Assembly (NCBI GenBank): GCA_043228905.1
Contig: JBHGNT010000016.1
Span: forward strand, 12,214,001-12,278,000
DNA: 64,000 nt
Source: Azolla caroliniana
Lineage: Eukaryota > Plantae > Polypodiophyta
Direction of reading: 5' to 3'
The position numbers were made by a program, and so were the translations under genes. Positions 22,388 to 34,700 of this stretch are shown one piece after another; within the stretch, counting starts at the first letter, position 1, and each line of letters opens with the position of its first letter. A model generated the notes under the pieces. The model worked only from the letters and a program-made list of their open reading frames with translations. It had not been told where the DNA came from and made no database searches.

Positions 22388-24236
22388 ATGGATGACGAGA
22401 CCAACGCACGACCTGGTTACAGACCGAGCTAGACGCCTCGCCGAACGGCAAAGACGGCGTGAGACTTTCCAGCAAGCAGCGCAGGAAATTCGCTCGGATC
22501 GTTCGTTCTCCAACGAGATCCGGAGAGTCGCGTAGGAATCTCTTCGGTTACGGCAAACTCGCGACCAGGACGACGGAAGCAATCTAAGTAGTCTCCGGGA
22601 AACCGAACGCCTCCTCGAGGCGCTGGCAAGCGGAGAAAACGAGGCAGCAGCCTTTTCAGCCTACGAATCGGATTCCGAAGGGGGATACAGCGTGCACACG
22701 AACTACTGGAGCAGCAACGATACCCCCGGCGGCGCGGAGGACGACGGGTCGGATACCGTGCCGACTCCAGAACCGGAACCGCTCAACCAGGGCTATCCGG
22801 AACCGCAAACGGAAGCCGTCAACTTACCAACACCGGAAGTGGAAGAAGCAAAGCCACCGACACCAACGAAAGAGCCGGCAAAGGTACCGGAAGAAGAGCC
22901 GGAAAAGGAACCGGAAAAAGCACCGGCACAAGAACCGGAGAAAAAACCGGAAAGATATCAACAAACGCCACTAAACCGCGGCCTAATACTGGACGACGAC
23001 ATGCCGTTCCAATAATCAAAGTATCGCGATGATCCGGACGCGGAAGCGCATGTTCATGACTTCGAGCAGACATGGGAAGCAAATCACACGTCCCAGCGAA
23101 TGACACCGGAGGAAGAAGAACGCTCGAAGATAGCGGAATTCGGAGTCACGTTGGAGGGACCAGCGACACGATGGCGGCGGACGCAGGACCCGGCGACCAT
23201 CACAACCTTTGCAGAATTAAAAGCAAAATTCTTGCATTTTTTCCACAAGGAGGTCGACCAGACGACAATGGTGGGCTTGTTTTATACGATCCGACAGGAG
23301 GTAGGGGAAAGCATTCCCCAATTCGTCATCCGTTTCCAACGAATGCATAGCCAGCTTGCCCGTGCACCCCCGGAGGAGGAATTACGGACGATATTTTTAA
23401 ACGCACTCCGGGAATCGTTACGCACGGTGTGTACGGTGATCGACTTTCGAGGATGCACCATCGACCAGGTCATTGACCGGGTCAGAGAAATGGAAAAGTC
23501 AAGCTCATGGCTTACGCTGGGAACACTGCAACGGGCGTTACCCACCGAGGAAGATCTCCGGTTCCGGTAGGCAATTCAATGCACAATCTGCGTGAATGCC
23601 GGACATTCGGCAGTGGAGTGCACCATGCGAACCCAGTGTGTGATTTGTCAATCCAAGAGTCATACAACGGACCGGTGCGAGTATAACCTGTTAAACCGAC
23701 AAGCACCACCCGTCCGACGGATCGAGCCAAGAAGCAGCCGAGACGAAGATGACGATCGTTGGCAAAGAATGAACCGGTACCCACTGGCATAGGATGTCCG
23801 GTACGGAGACAGGCAACAGAATGATGGCCGATACGGGAATCGGCGTGATAACTACGACCGGTATGAGCGATCGGACCGTTATCGGGAGCCCAACAGACGA
23901 CACGAGCAATACGACAGAGACCATTCCCCTGGTTACCGAAGGCACCAGGAGGACTACGGCCGATTTTACGATCCACCACGACCGGACTACCGAAATAAAA
24001 ATAAGAATAATAAGAAACGTAATTTCAAGAAAAGTGGTCACACTAGGGACCCGGAACAGGGAACCCCAAGGAGCCAACCGGCACAGAACGCACCACTCAC
24101 TACGGGACCGACTCCGGATACCAGCAAAGCTGAATCCAGCAATACCCGTAAAGAGTACTGCTATTACTGCAGGCAGGAAGGCCACTACAGTAACCAGTGC
24201 CCGGCAAAGAGCTACGATAAACGACCAACAGTTAAT
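22388..24236 (+). pseudogene. Element D gag (frameshifts and premature stops)
   Basis: Fragments homologous to F gag: SKIAEFGVTLEGPA, FYTIRQ..ESIPQF, tandem CxxC zinc knuckles; TAG at 23568-23570 where F has Gln. Confidence 0.88.
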
Positions 24237-27200
24237 ATGGTGGTTCCGGAAGTGGCGGATTTACAGCAAGTAACCACACGGTCGAAAGGCATGGCCAAAG
24301 AGTGGGAAACAGAGGAGGCCATACGAAAACAGGCGACGGAATGGGTGAAGGAAGCCAATGAAAGGAACGTCGCGGACGCGGAACGGCAAAAGGCGAATAC
24401 CATAGGGAGTGCCGGCGGTAGCCACCCAGAAAACGAGACATGGCAAGCACTGCAAGAATGTCAGATCACGTTACCATTAGGAAGACTCTTGCAGCTCGTG
24501 CCGCGATTTACAGAAGGACTAAAAACGGTCATGACAGACGGTATAGCCCCATCGGCACCAGTCCTCTTCTCGAATCCGGAGGAGGGACCGACGGTGGTGG
24601 ACACTAGTAGTCCGGTGATCACAGCTATTGTCAAAGGGCACGAACTTCCCGGCACAGTAATCGATGGAGGTTCCGGAGTGAACGTAATAAGCGTCCGCAC
24701 GTGTGATGCCTTGGGTATACATGAATGGGAGCCATGTCCGTTCTGGCTATGGATGGCGGATACGAGCTCTGTACGGCCGACGGGCTTAATACGGAAATTG
24801 GAAGTCACCATAGGAGGTCACACATTTCACATCTCGGCTGTCGTGCTGCAGCTACAGGCGCAAGGCGCGTACCCACTGTTGCTGGGCAGACCATGGTTGA
24901 AAACAGCACACATCAAGCAAAATTGGCGGAAAAATATGATTACCTTCCGGCGCGGAAAAGCCAAGGTCCGGGTTCCGACACAACCACGGACGAGCAACGG
25001 TAAGGAATGCACACCGCTATATGCGGAATGCGTGAACATGCTTGAAGGGTTGGCAGACGACGAAGAAGCCCAGTACTTGGAGGAACACCCAAAGATCGTA
25101 CCACTCTTCGAGATTGACGTGGCTGAAGCCGTAGCGCCATACTTGCCGCAGCGGGACGAAACCGAAGCCGAACCAGACAAAGATGCGATTCGGGAATTAC
25201 GGCAAGCACAAGAAGCGTTGGAACGGGAAATGGCCGTTTCCCAACGGGTAAAAACATCCCAGCTCGACGAAGTGAACCTAGGAAGCAAGGACGAATCAAA
25301 GCCGGTTCACATCGCCAAAGAAATGAAGCCGGAAGATAAAGCGGCGATGATCAAACTTCTCACGGAGTTTCGCGACGTATTCGCCTGGTCATACGAGGAC
25401 ATGCGAGGGCTGGACCCTCAATTATATCAGCATCAGATCCACTTAGGCAAGGACGTGAAACCAGTGGCGCAACGACGTTACCGAATGAACCCCAACTACG
25501 CCGCCAAAGTGAAGGAGGAAATCGACAAACTCCTAAGAGTGGGCTTCATCCGGCCGGTAAAGAAAGCGACGTGGCTGAGCCCCATCGTCGTCGTCCCAAA
25601 GAAGAACGGTAAAATCCGCGTGTCTGTAGCTTACAGGAAATTAAATGCAGCCACAATTACGGATGCATTCCCTCTTCCGTTCACGGATGGAGTACTGGAT
25701 GCCGTCGCCGGCCATGAAGTTTATAGCTTTCTAGACGGGTTCAGCGGTTACAATCAAATCCGGATGCACCCGGACGACCAGGAGAAGACAGCGTTCGTCA
25801 CCGAATGGGGGGTGTTTGTGGCCGAAGTCATGATGTTCGGCCTAAAAACGGCACCAGCAACGTTCCAGCGAATCATCATGGAGATCTTCGGCGAATATAT
25901 TCCTGCCTTCATGCAAGTTTTCCTGGATGATTTTGCAGTCTATAGCCGGGGAAAAGACCATTTGCAGCACCTACGGTTATGCCTTGAAAAGTGTAGGTTA
26001 TACCGGCTAAGCTTAAACCCAGCAAAATGCATCTTTGGGGTTTCAAGTGGAATCTTACTGGGACACATTGTAAGTAAGGAGGGCATTGCGGTCGACCCGG
26101 ACAAAGTAAACGCGATACTAGGGGCACCGGCGCCAAAAACGGCCAAAGCACTAAGCCGATTCTTAGGACAGATCCGGTGGCACAGCCGGATGCTCCGTCA
26201 CTTGGTTGACTTGGCTACACCATTACACACCGCGGTACATCGGACACCGTTCCAATGGACAGATACGGAGGATAAGGCATACAATGCCCTGAAGCTACTT
26301 TTGTCGCAAGCACCCGTCGTGCAGCCTCCGGATTGGAGCAAGGAATTTCACGTGTTCGTTGACGCGTCCGACATCGCTATCGGCAGCGCCTTAATGCAAC
26401 TTACGGAGCCTAAATGGTACCGGCCGGTCTATTACGCCAGCCGGAAGCTGTCCCAAGCGGAGAAGAACTATTCGACGACGGAACGGGAGGCCCTGGGCAT
26501 GATCTACAGTGTCACAAAGTTTCGGCATTACCTATTGGGAAGGAAGTTCTCCTTTCATGTGGATCACTCGGCGCTCCTGTACTTAGTGTCCAAGGCGTCC
26601 CTGACCGGTAAGTTGGCCCGTTGGACCTTGCTGTTGCAGGAGTTCGAATTCGAGATCTTCCACCGGCCCGGTATCCAGCATGCCGTAGCAGACTACCTGA
26701 GCCGGTTAGAGTCCGGAGAAGCAGGCGACGGAGTATCGGATGAATTCCCGGACGCAGAGTTATTCCGTATCACCCCGGAAACGGCAGCGGACGACACGGT
26801 GGCATCAGAAGATAGGTGGCTGACAAACATGCACCAGTTCCTAAGCACGGGCCTGCCACCGGAGGAAATGAACCAGGACGAGAGGAAACGACTGGCGGTG
26901 CAAAGCCGCAATTTCTGTCTGTTACGGGACACTCTCTACCACAAGGGAGCAGATGGAATATGGAGACGGGCAGTCCGTAGTGACGAGAAACAAGTAATCT
27001 TACGGGAAGCACACTGTGGGGTTGTCAGAGGACACTATGCCGGGGAAGCGACGGCAAGGAAAGTATGGCAGAGCGGCTTATGGTGGCCCACGACGTTAAA
27101 AGACGCCGTCAAGTATGCTAAGGAATGCGACCTATGCCAACGAATGGGCCAGCCTACGGAGCAAGCACGGATGCCACACCAACCGGTACTTCCACTAGAG

Positions 27201-28193
27201 CCATTCCAAAAGTGGGGGTTGGATTTTGTCGGACCGTTCAAGCCACCGGCAATGAGAACGGGTAATCGTTATGTCATCGTGGCAACGGATTATTGCACTA
27301 AATGGGTGGAGGCTAAGGCCTTGAGAGACAATACCGCGTCATCCACAGCAAAATTCCTGTACGAGAACATTTGGTGCCGATATGGATGTCCGATTGAATT
27401 AATCAGCGACCAAGGAGGGCACTTCCTCGGCCAGGTAGTGGAAAGCTTAACAACGTTCTATGCCGTGGTCCATAAACGGAGCACACCGTACTACCCACAA
27501 GCGAACGGGTTAGCAGAGTCCACCAACAAAACGCTGCAGAACATTCTCCGCAAAATCGTCAATGAAAACCGGACGGACTGGGATACAAAGCTCCATAGCG
27601 CGCTATGGGCGTACCGAACGGCATACAAAACAAGTATCCGGACAACGCCGTTCCGGCTAGCGTTCGGCTTAGAGGCGGTCATGCCGGTGGAATTTCAGGT
27701 ACCAAGCTTACGGATCCAACTACGGGAGCGGCTGAATGAAAAGGAGTCGGAGGAAATGCGGCTAGCAGCACTATGCGAATTGGAGGAGCAACGGCTGGCC
27801 AGCATCCTACACATGGAACTGGAGCAACGACGACGGAAAGCGTTCGTTGACCGTCACCGGAAAGGTAATGAGAAGATGTTCGAAATCGGAAAGCCGGTGC
27901 TAGTATTCCAAACAAGGATGGGCAAGATGCCTGGTAAACTCCGGTTTAGATGGACAGGCCCGTATTGGCTGACACGGGAATACAACGGGTCCTATCAGAT
28001 AGGGACACTTGCCGGTGAAGTACTAGGCAAGTGGGTGAACGGATTTAGACTAAAGCCCTATAAAGGACCGATGCCAAGTAACCCGTTTATGCAGCCCACC
28101 GGCACTATACCTGGAACCGTAGCAGAAGCGAAGGAAGACACGGCAACCCGTAAGGAAAACGGTAAGGGTCCGAAGGGACCTACGGATGTGTAA
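24237..28193 (+). CDS. pol: Element D pol (protease, RT, RNase H, integrase), open frame
   Basis: 1318-aa ORF: IDGGSG protease, LDGFSGYNQI, FLDDF, VDASD RNase H, HHCC zinc finger, DFVGP..ISDQG..NGLAES integrase, WTGPY. Confidence 0.93.
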   Translation: MVVPEVADLQQVTTRSKGMAKEWETEEAIRKQATEWVKEANERNVADAERQKANTIGSAGGSHPENETWQALQECQITLPLGRLLQLVPRFTEGLKTVMTDGIAPSAPVLFSNPEEGPTVVDTSSPVITAIVKGHELPGTVIDGGSGVNVISVRTCDALGIHEWEPCPFWLWMADTSSVRPTGLIRKLEVTIGGHTFHISAVVLQLQAQGAYPLLLGRPWLKTAHIKQNWRKNMITFRRGKAKVRVPTQPRTSNGKECTPLYAECVNMLEGLADDEEAQYLEEHPKIVPLFEIDVAEAVAPYLPQRDETEAEPDKDAIRELRQAQEALEREMAVSQRVKTSQLDEVNLGSKDESKPVHIAKEMKPEDKAAMIKLLTEFRDVFAWSYEDMRGLDPQLYQHQIHLGKDVKPVAQRRYRMNPNYAAKVKEEIDKLLRVGFIRPVKKATWLSPIVVVPKKNGKIRVSVAYRKLNAATITDAFPLPFTDGVLDAVAGHEVYSFLDGFSGYNQIRMHPDDQEKTAFVTEWGVFVAEVMMFGLKTAPATFQRIIMEIFGEYIPAFMQVFLDDFAVYSRGKDHLQHLRLCLEKCRLYRLSLNPAKCIFGVSSGILLGHIVSKEGIAVDPDKVNAILGAPAPKTAKALSRFLGQIRWHSRMLRHLVDLATPLHTAVHRTPFQWTDTEDKAYNALKLLLSQAPVVQPPDWSKEFHVFVDASDIAIGSALMQLTEPKWYRPVYYASRKLSQAEKNYSTTEREALGMIYSVTKFRHYLLGRKFSFHVDHSALLYLVSKASLTGKLARWTLLLQEFEFEIFHRPGIQHAVADYLSRLESGEAGDGVSDEFPDAELFRITPETAADDTVASEDRWLTNMHQFLSTGLPPEEMNQDERKRLAVQSRNFCLLRDTLYHKGADGIWRRAVRSDEKQVILREAHCGVVRGHYAGEATARKVWQSGLWWPTTLKDAVKYAKECDLCQRMGQPTEQARMPHQPVLPLEPFQKWGLDFVGPFKPPAMRTGNRYVIVATDYCTKWVEAKALRDNTASSTAKFLYENIWCRYGCPIELISDQGGHFLGQVVESLTTFYAVVHKRSTPYYPQANGLAESTNKTLQNILRKIVNENRTDWDTKLHSALWAYRTAYKTSIRTTPFRLAFGLEAVMPVEFQVPSLRIQLRERLNEKESEEMRLAALCELEEQRLASILHMELEQRRRKAFVDRHRKGNEKMFEIGKPVLVFQTRMGKMPGKLRFRWTGPYWLTREYNGSYQIGTLAGEVLGKWVNGFRLKPYKGPMPSNPFMQPTGTIPGTVAEAKEDTATRKENGKGPKGPTDV

Positions 28194-28207
28194 GATCACA
28201 TACCGTC

Positions 28208-28210
<3 letters not shown>

Positions 28211-28244
<34 letters not shown>
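28211..28244 (+). other. Internal poly(A) tract of D
   Basis: 34 consecutive A, 17 nt after the pol stop. Confidence 0.95.
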
Positions 28245-28248
<4 letters not shown>

Positions 28249-28564
28249 TAAAAATCGAGGTATGAACGGACGTGAAAGCAAGGAGCGAAAAGGTACGAAG
28301 TGGGCATTTAAGAGCCGCCACGCTACTAAATTGGTACACGACGTGTGCATGCTCGGAAAAGGCGCCAAAACGCACAAAGAAGAAGCAGAACGCATGGAGA
28401 CCTTTTCATTTCGCGAGCCAAGAAGCACAGAAGCACCAAGGCAGTGGAAGCTGAGCAAACGCGAACCTGCACGCAGAGAACCCCCACGTTCGGAACGCTC
28501 TCTCTCTCGCTCTCACTCTCATCACCACTCTACCTCGCCATCTTTCCTCGACCTCGAAGCAGAC

Positions 28565-31147
28565 ATGGAACCACAAACGCTGTCGGAAGCGGCCAGGAAA
28601 TGGTTCAGGCAACACGGACTGGAGGGGTTCTTGGCCATCATGGAGGCACCGCCGCACAGAGAAGCCAACCGGGTCATCAAGGAGCTCGCCACAGAGGTCA
28701 TCACCGAGGAAGCGATCCGTGCGCTAACAGGCCTTCCGGAGGGAGGTATCTTTCAGATCGATAACCCAACCTCGGAGCAACTCATCCGATATTTTGGTGA
28801 GTACTCTGTTGCCGGCAAAGGCTATCGGACGCAGGGCGGCGAAGATCCCCTATTCAGGGAGATAGCTCGAGTGCTCCATGAGTACGGCCACGTGTACCCC
28901 CGACCCCCTGTCATGCCAAAAAATCGGGCAGGGATGATCATAGCCACCTATGAAGGGATCAAGGTGGACTGGCCGGTGTTGATTGCAGACGGTTTGTGCA
29001 CGGCAATCGACATGGTACGAGGAAAGGACGGCAAGGAGGGCCGGAAGCTGTGGCACGCCGTAGCTCAGTGGATAACATTGCTCGTGCCGCCGGTTGAGAC
29101 CGTCCAGCCAAAGAAGCGGCCAAGAGTATCGGAAGGAAGCACCTCGAAGCCGGCGTCCAAACGACAGCAGCTGCTGGCGTCGAAGGCGACGAAAGGGAAG
29201 AAACGGCTCTCAGAACCGGAGGAGGTGTCACCGGTCCGACCCGTTAAGATAACCATATGGCGACCGGGACAGAAGGAACCAGAACCCTTGACGGCATAGA
29301 AACAGGTCGTTACCCAGGAAGAGGAAACGGAGGAGCCAGAAGAGCACCTCCAACGACGGTCAAGAAGTAGGACCGCCGGGACAGCGGGGGAGCGTTCGTA
29401 CCCGCAAGAGGAAGAAACGCCCCCAACTCAACCTGAGCAAACCACAAGGGAGGAACCGGAACCGATGCGTATGGAACCGGCCTTGTCGGCTTCTATAGAA
29501 GAAGTCATTCCATCGGCTCCGAAGACGGCGAGAACCGGAACTCAATAGCCGGCGAGCCCAGCCAGCACACACGGCGGCCAAGGAGTAGGACCAGTACAGC
29601 AGCAAGGCACCAGTAGTATGTGGCTACGGTGGGTTGGCGAGCAAATCGCCGGAGTGGTTGAGTACATAGAGGCGGAGGAGAGAGCGCACCAGGAACGGTT
29701 GCTCGTCACAACCGTAGATCTAGAGACGGCCCGGTCCAGAATCCGGAGCCTTGAACAAGACTTGGACAGGGTCACAAGGGAAATGGCTCAATTGGCTTTG
29801 ACAACACAAGTCCAAGCACCGGTGACTCGGGGCAATGTACAGAATAAAGCGGCAGATCAACCTGTACATAGCAATCAGACCCCGGCAACGGAAACCGTTC
29901 GGGAGAGAAATGCGGCACGAGCCCAAGAGCTTGCGGACTTAAAGGATGAGCTAGCTGCCCAAGAAGCGCTGAGGAGCCGCGAAAGAGAGTTGAAAACGGC
30001 AGCGGAGGCAGAACTCAAGAAGACTGCTGAGAAGCTACGCTTGGCCGAGGAGAGCTTACGAAAAGGCCACCAAGCGTACGACCGGCTCAAGGAGGAGAAG
30101 GAGAAAATGCTGCAAGAGAAGGAGAGGCTCCGGAGAAACGCCGAAACAGAAGTAGAGCGCCTGAAAGAGGAACTCCGGCAGGTAAAGGACCGGGAGGACC
30201 GGAACCATCGCCAGATCAACGGCAAGCTCAAACAAAAAACGGAGGAATTTGAGCAATTGCACCGGGAGTATAAACGGTTGCAAACGGAGCACAAGGAACG
30301 GACGGATGAGCTCCGGCAAGCAGTTGATCGGACCGCAACCGCATTCGCCAAGGAACAAGCGGAAACCAGAAGACGGTTGGAAGAGGCGGAGAAGGTTCGG
30401 ACAGAGCTCCTCAGGCAACAGCAGGCGGAAAAAGAAAGAGCGGCGGAGGTACTGCAGAGGCTGCAAACGACATATCAAGGGCAGCTGACGCGCTACAGAG
30501 AGCAAGCGGAGGATACGGCTAATCTCATCAAGCAGTTGAAGGAGGAGCGACAAGTTGTGGAAAGCAGAGCACAAATGGGAGCAAGTCGCATCCAGGATAT
30601 CATGCGGGCCTGGTTGAACCAGACCAAGAGCTTGATTGACAACAGGTCCGTCAAATGGTGGACCAAGTGGGCCACGAACGCGGCGGAACTCCAATTGCTC
30701 TGGGCCGACGTAGAGAACCGGCGGAAGGAGGGAGATGATTGCTATATGCTGAATTCCGAAGACTTCACCGGCATAAGAGATGAGCTGGCCGAAGACTTTC
30801 AAGCCTTGGCAGAGGACCAACTAGAGCAAGTCCGGCAACTTGTAGCTCAGCTGGACGACGACAGGCTGGAGGCGCAGATCCAGTTTGAAAGCTATGAGAG
30901 GTCCCGGATCCGGGAAGAGAAAGCACGAGAACCGGTTACGGTCAACCTCAGTGATGAGGAACTGGTACTGGAAGGAGACCGGACCGGAAGCAGTCAAACG
31001 GAGATGCCGGAGTCAGAGAATAGAGAAACAAACGGAGCAGCCGTCGAGCAGCCGCCTATAGAGCAGCCGGAGCAGCCTCAGTCCCAACCGCAACCACAGC
31101 AGCAGCAGCAGCAAGCACAGCCGCAACAACCACAACCGGAAGAATAA
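28565..31147 (+). pseudogene. Element D ORF2: unknown N-terminal domain plus long coiled coil, with in-frame TAG stops
   Basis: ORFs 28262-29299 and 29618-31147 are in the same frame and align with F ORF2 (YFGEYS..K.YRTQGGE, IATYEG..VDW, QW.T.LVPPV, WLRW, LKQKTEEF). Confidence 0.85.
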
Positions 31148-31247
31148 TTGGAAACTCTGAAACAAGATATTTTGGACAGTTGGGGTGAACAATGAAGGGG
31201 CCGAGAAGGGTTCGACGTACAAGGTACTGTCCCACGGGCGTGCCATG

Positions 31248-31666
31248 TGTTACCGGCCGGCAAGGAGTCCAAAATACGGAGTGAAGGAATTAATTAAATA
31301 TGGTTGTAAATGAGCATAGTGTGGACGGACGGACTGGAAACGGTATGCCGTTCCAGATCCGGACGGATCCCGAATAGGTGCGATAGGCACCGTTTTGTAC
31401 TACGGGCCGGAAACCTATTTAAAGGCCCGGACCCCATTGTAATCGCAGCGGATAATTAATAGAGCTTATGATGTTTATACTTCTATCTTGATTTCCGTTC
31501 TGTAATTACTGTTATATCTTACGCGTGTAATTAACTAAAGCACTCTAATCGTGTAACCTATGGAAGTCGTTGTAATCGTTGAATCTTAATCCTATGCCGT
31601 AATCACCCTTTGGTGAAGTGTCTCCGCGACACCTTGTGTTAGGCCTTGTCCGGTCAGCGAATAACA
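31248..31666 (+). repeat. 3' LTR of D
   Basis: Near-identical to 21920-22338. Confidence 0.95.
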
Positions 31667-31795
31667 AAACACTCGAAGACTTCGCTCTTCCGCTCAATGA
31701 GGTAGATCCATGTGTGTTGGTTGTAGTGATCGATGAAGGAGACGAAATAATGACTCCACCCAAGACTAACGTTGTATGCCGGTTCCCATACATCT

Positions 31796-34700
31796 TGTTG
31801 AGAATCAAGGTCAACTTGGTCTAGTGTGTGAACTCACCTTCAGAGTGAATAGACACTCCAACGGTCAAGAGTCAGCATTAAGTCACCTCTTTGTATTCTA
31901 GCATTTAGTATGAGTCATAGAATCATATTCTATGACACATAACTTATGAGCTTTCACATTCCCCATGCTCCATGAGCCTTGTAGTTAATGAAGAGAGAGG
32001 GTGACTACATAAAGCACCCTCCTCCCACCTTGTATGTTGTTGAGTCTTTCTCCTTTGTCAATATACTTTTACCTTGCGTATCCTTTGTGTTTCACACTCT
32101 CTCTCTCTCTTTCTTACACACACACATAAATCACATCTTTTCCGCTTCACAAGAATCATATCTGATTCTTTACATGGTATTAGAGCGATTTGGTAGCTCA
32201 ACCTAGCCCATTCGCCTCATCGTGATCATGTGTTGTGCTCTACGCTGACGATCAAGAACCAGCTCATAGCTATTGTAGCTTCGCTACATAGCTTGCATTC
32301 GAAGAGAGAAGAAGAAGAAGAAGAATCGACATAATGAATACTCAAATGGGGAGCGCTCTCCCTACCGAGAAGTTGGATTGAAACAACTTCGCATCTTGGG
32401 AGTACAAGATGCACCAATACCTTGTCGGACAAGGCTATTGGAGCTACATAAAAGGAGCGCATGAAGACCGACCCGCCAAAGCGGCCCCAGATACGCGACA
32501 TGGGAGCAAGCCGCAAGCCACGTGATGTATTGTTTGGCGACATGTGTTCACGACCACATGCTCGGTTACATTCGAGAAGCCAAGACGCCGAAGGAAGTGT
32601 GGGAAAATCTACGAAAGATTTTCGCCGCCAACACGACCGCGAGGAATCTTCAACTCCGCCAAGACTTGAACAACATTCAACAAAGGGACATGTCCATCAC
32701 GACATACACCTTGAAGATCAAGGAGCTTTGCGACTCGCTCGGCTCAATAAGCGTAAGTATAGATGATGATGAAATGGTGCAAATATGCCTCGGCGGCCTC
32801 GCACCACGGTTCGGCGCGATGCAAACCGCCGTTCTAGCACGGGATAAATATCCCTCCTTCTTTGAGCTCCAATCAATACTATTGGTCGAAGAAAACCACG
32901 TGTGTACAAGGAGCAATGAGTCGGAAGGCCACATGCTCTACACGCACTCTAATGGAGGAAGAGGACGCGGACGAGCGAGAGGCCGATTCGGCCAAGGACA
33001 AGGCAGACGAGGTCCGACCTACGACAACAACTCCTAATTTCGGCCGCAAAACGGAGGCCAACGAGGAACCTTCGCAGGAAGGGGGAGCTTCCACTCCGGC
33101 CCGAGCCGTCAAAACGCAACCGAATACGGATATTGTGGAAAGCTCGGCCACCACGAGGAAGAGTGCCGAAAGAAGATGCGTGAATCGGCTTCCACAAGCC
33201 GACAACTCACGAATTACACACACAACTCTGACTACGAAGATCGTGGCGGAATGTATGCACACAACTTCGACCGTGGCAAAATGTACGGGCACAACTCCGA
33301 CTACGAAGATCGTGGCGGAATGCATGCGCGCAACTCCGACCGTGGCGGAATGTTCATGATGAAACATAGAGCAAACTCTATGTCAGCTACTACCTCAACT
33401 AGTGCCTCCGGTCCGGAAGACATATGGTTCGTCGATTCCGGTGCCTCGAACCATATGACATCGCATCAAGAATGCTTCCGAGAACTTCGAGAGCCGGACC
33501 GACCCAGCTATGTCGGAACCGGAGACGACACTACGCACCTGATTCGGCACAATGGCAATGTTCCGTTCGGAAAAGAAGGTAAGCAAAATTACATTAAAAA
33601 TGTCTTGCATGTACCGACCATTACAAAGAATTTGGTCTCCGTCGGCCAAATTGTAGAGCAAGGGATGCAAGTTCGATTTAATCAAGGCAGTTGCTTCATC
33701 GAAAAAGAGGGCCGACTCATCGCACACAGACGAAGAGAGGGCCGGATGTTCATTCTCGATTCACGTGAGATGAAATCCGCCATGTTCGCGAAAAACACGA
33801 AAGCCGACTCCGACATAGAGCTATGGAACAAGCGAATCGGCCACATCAATCTCAACAAACTCAAATCAATGAAATCGAAAGGAGTCGTCATCGGACTCCC
33901 GACATTCAAAGAGGAGGAGATTGAAGGTGTATGCGGAGCGTGCCAATTCGGCAAGCAACATCGACACCCATTTCCGAAAGATCGGAACGTGAGCAAAGGT
34001 CTACTCGACATAGTCCATTCCGACGTATGGGGACCGGCGCAGACGGCTACATTCGGCGGATGCCGATATTACGTGCTCTTCATCGACGACTTCTCTAGGC
34101 ACACTTGGATCTACCCGATGCGGCAAAAGAGCGAAGTGTTCGGACACTTCCAAAATTTCAAGAATGAATTCGAGAAAGCCACGGGCCGACATGTACGATG
34201 CCTTCGATCGAATGGCGGCAAGGAGTACTTCTCGGACGATTTCACGGCGTATCTCCGAAAGGAAGGAATTCGATGAGAATTCACTTGCCGACACACTCCG
34301 CAACAAAACGGAGTAGCTGAGCGCAAAAATCAGCACATCCTCGAAGTAGCGCGGGCCATGATGAACAAGAAGCATATGCCCAAGTCATATTGGGCCGAAG
34401 CTGGAAATACGGTCGTTTACCTAATGAACCGGTGCACAATATCCGGCATGCACGAGGTCACTCCGCACGAAAAATACTTCGGAAAGAATCCGGACTTATC
34501 GCACATCCGGATATTCAGCGCGATAACATACGTACATATCCCCAACGAGAAGCGTCAAAAGCTTGACCCGAAGTCGGAGAAATATATCCTTGTAGGATAC
34601 TCATTAGAGCAAAAGGGGTACAAGTGCTACAACCCCTCAACTCGAAAATCTCGAGTAAGTCGAGACGTCGTTTTTGACGAGTCCGCATCCTGGTACGCAC

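Larger units (their letters stand above)
21920..31666 (+). mobile_element. Young non-chromoviral Ty3/Gypsy element D (Phygy/Selgy- or Tat/Athila-related) with an extra 3' ORF
   Basis: 419-bp LTRs 21920-22338 and 31248-31666 (one mismatch noticed by eye); PBS TGGCGACCAC at 22345; flanks GAACA/AAACA; gag, pol and ORF2. Confidence 0.95.

Noticed and set aside
28211-28244. Tail of an inserted LINE/SINE
   Set aside because: No upstream element body or TSD, and the same position is occupied in element F.
33218-33352. Short HNSDYEDRGGM repeats in Copia E
   Set aside because: Ordinary local slippage duplication in the gag-protease linker.
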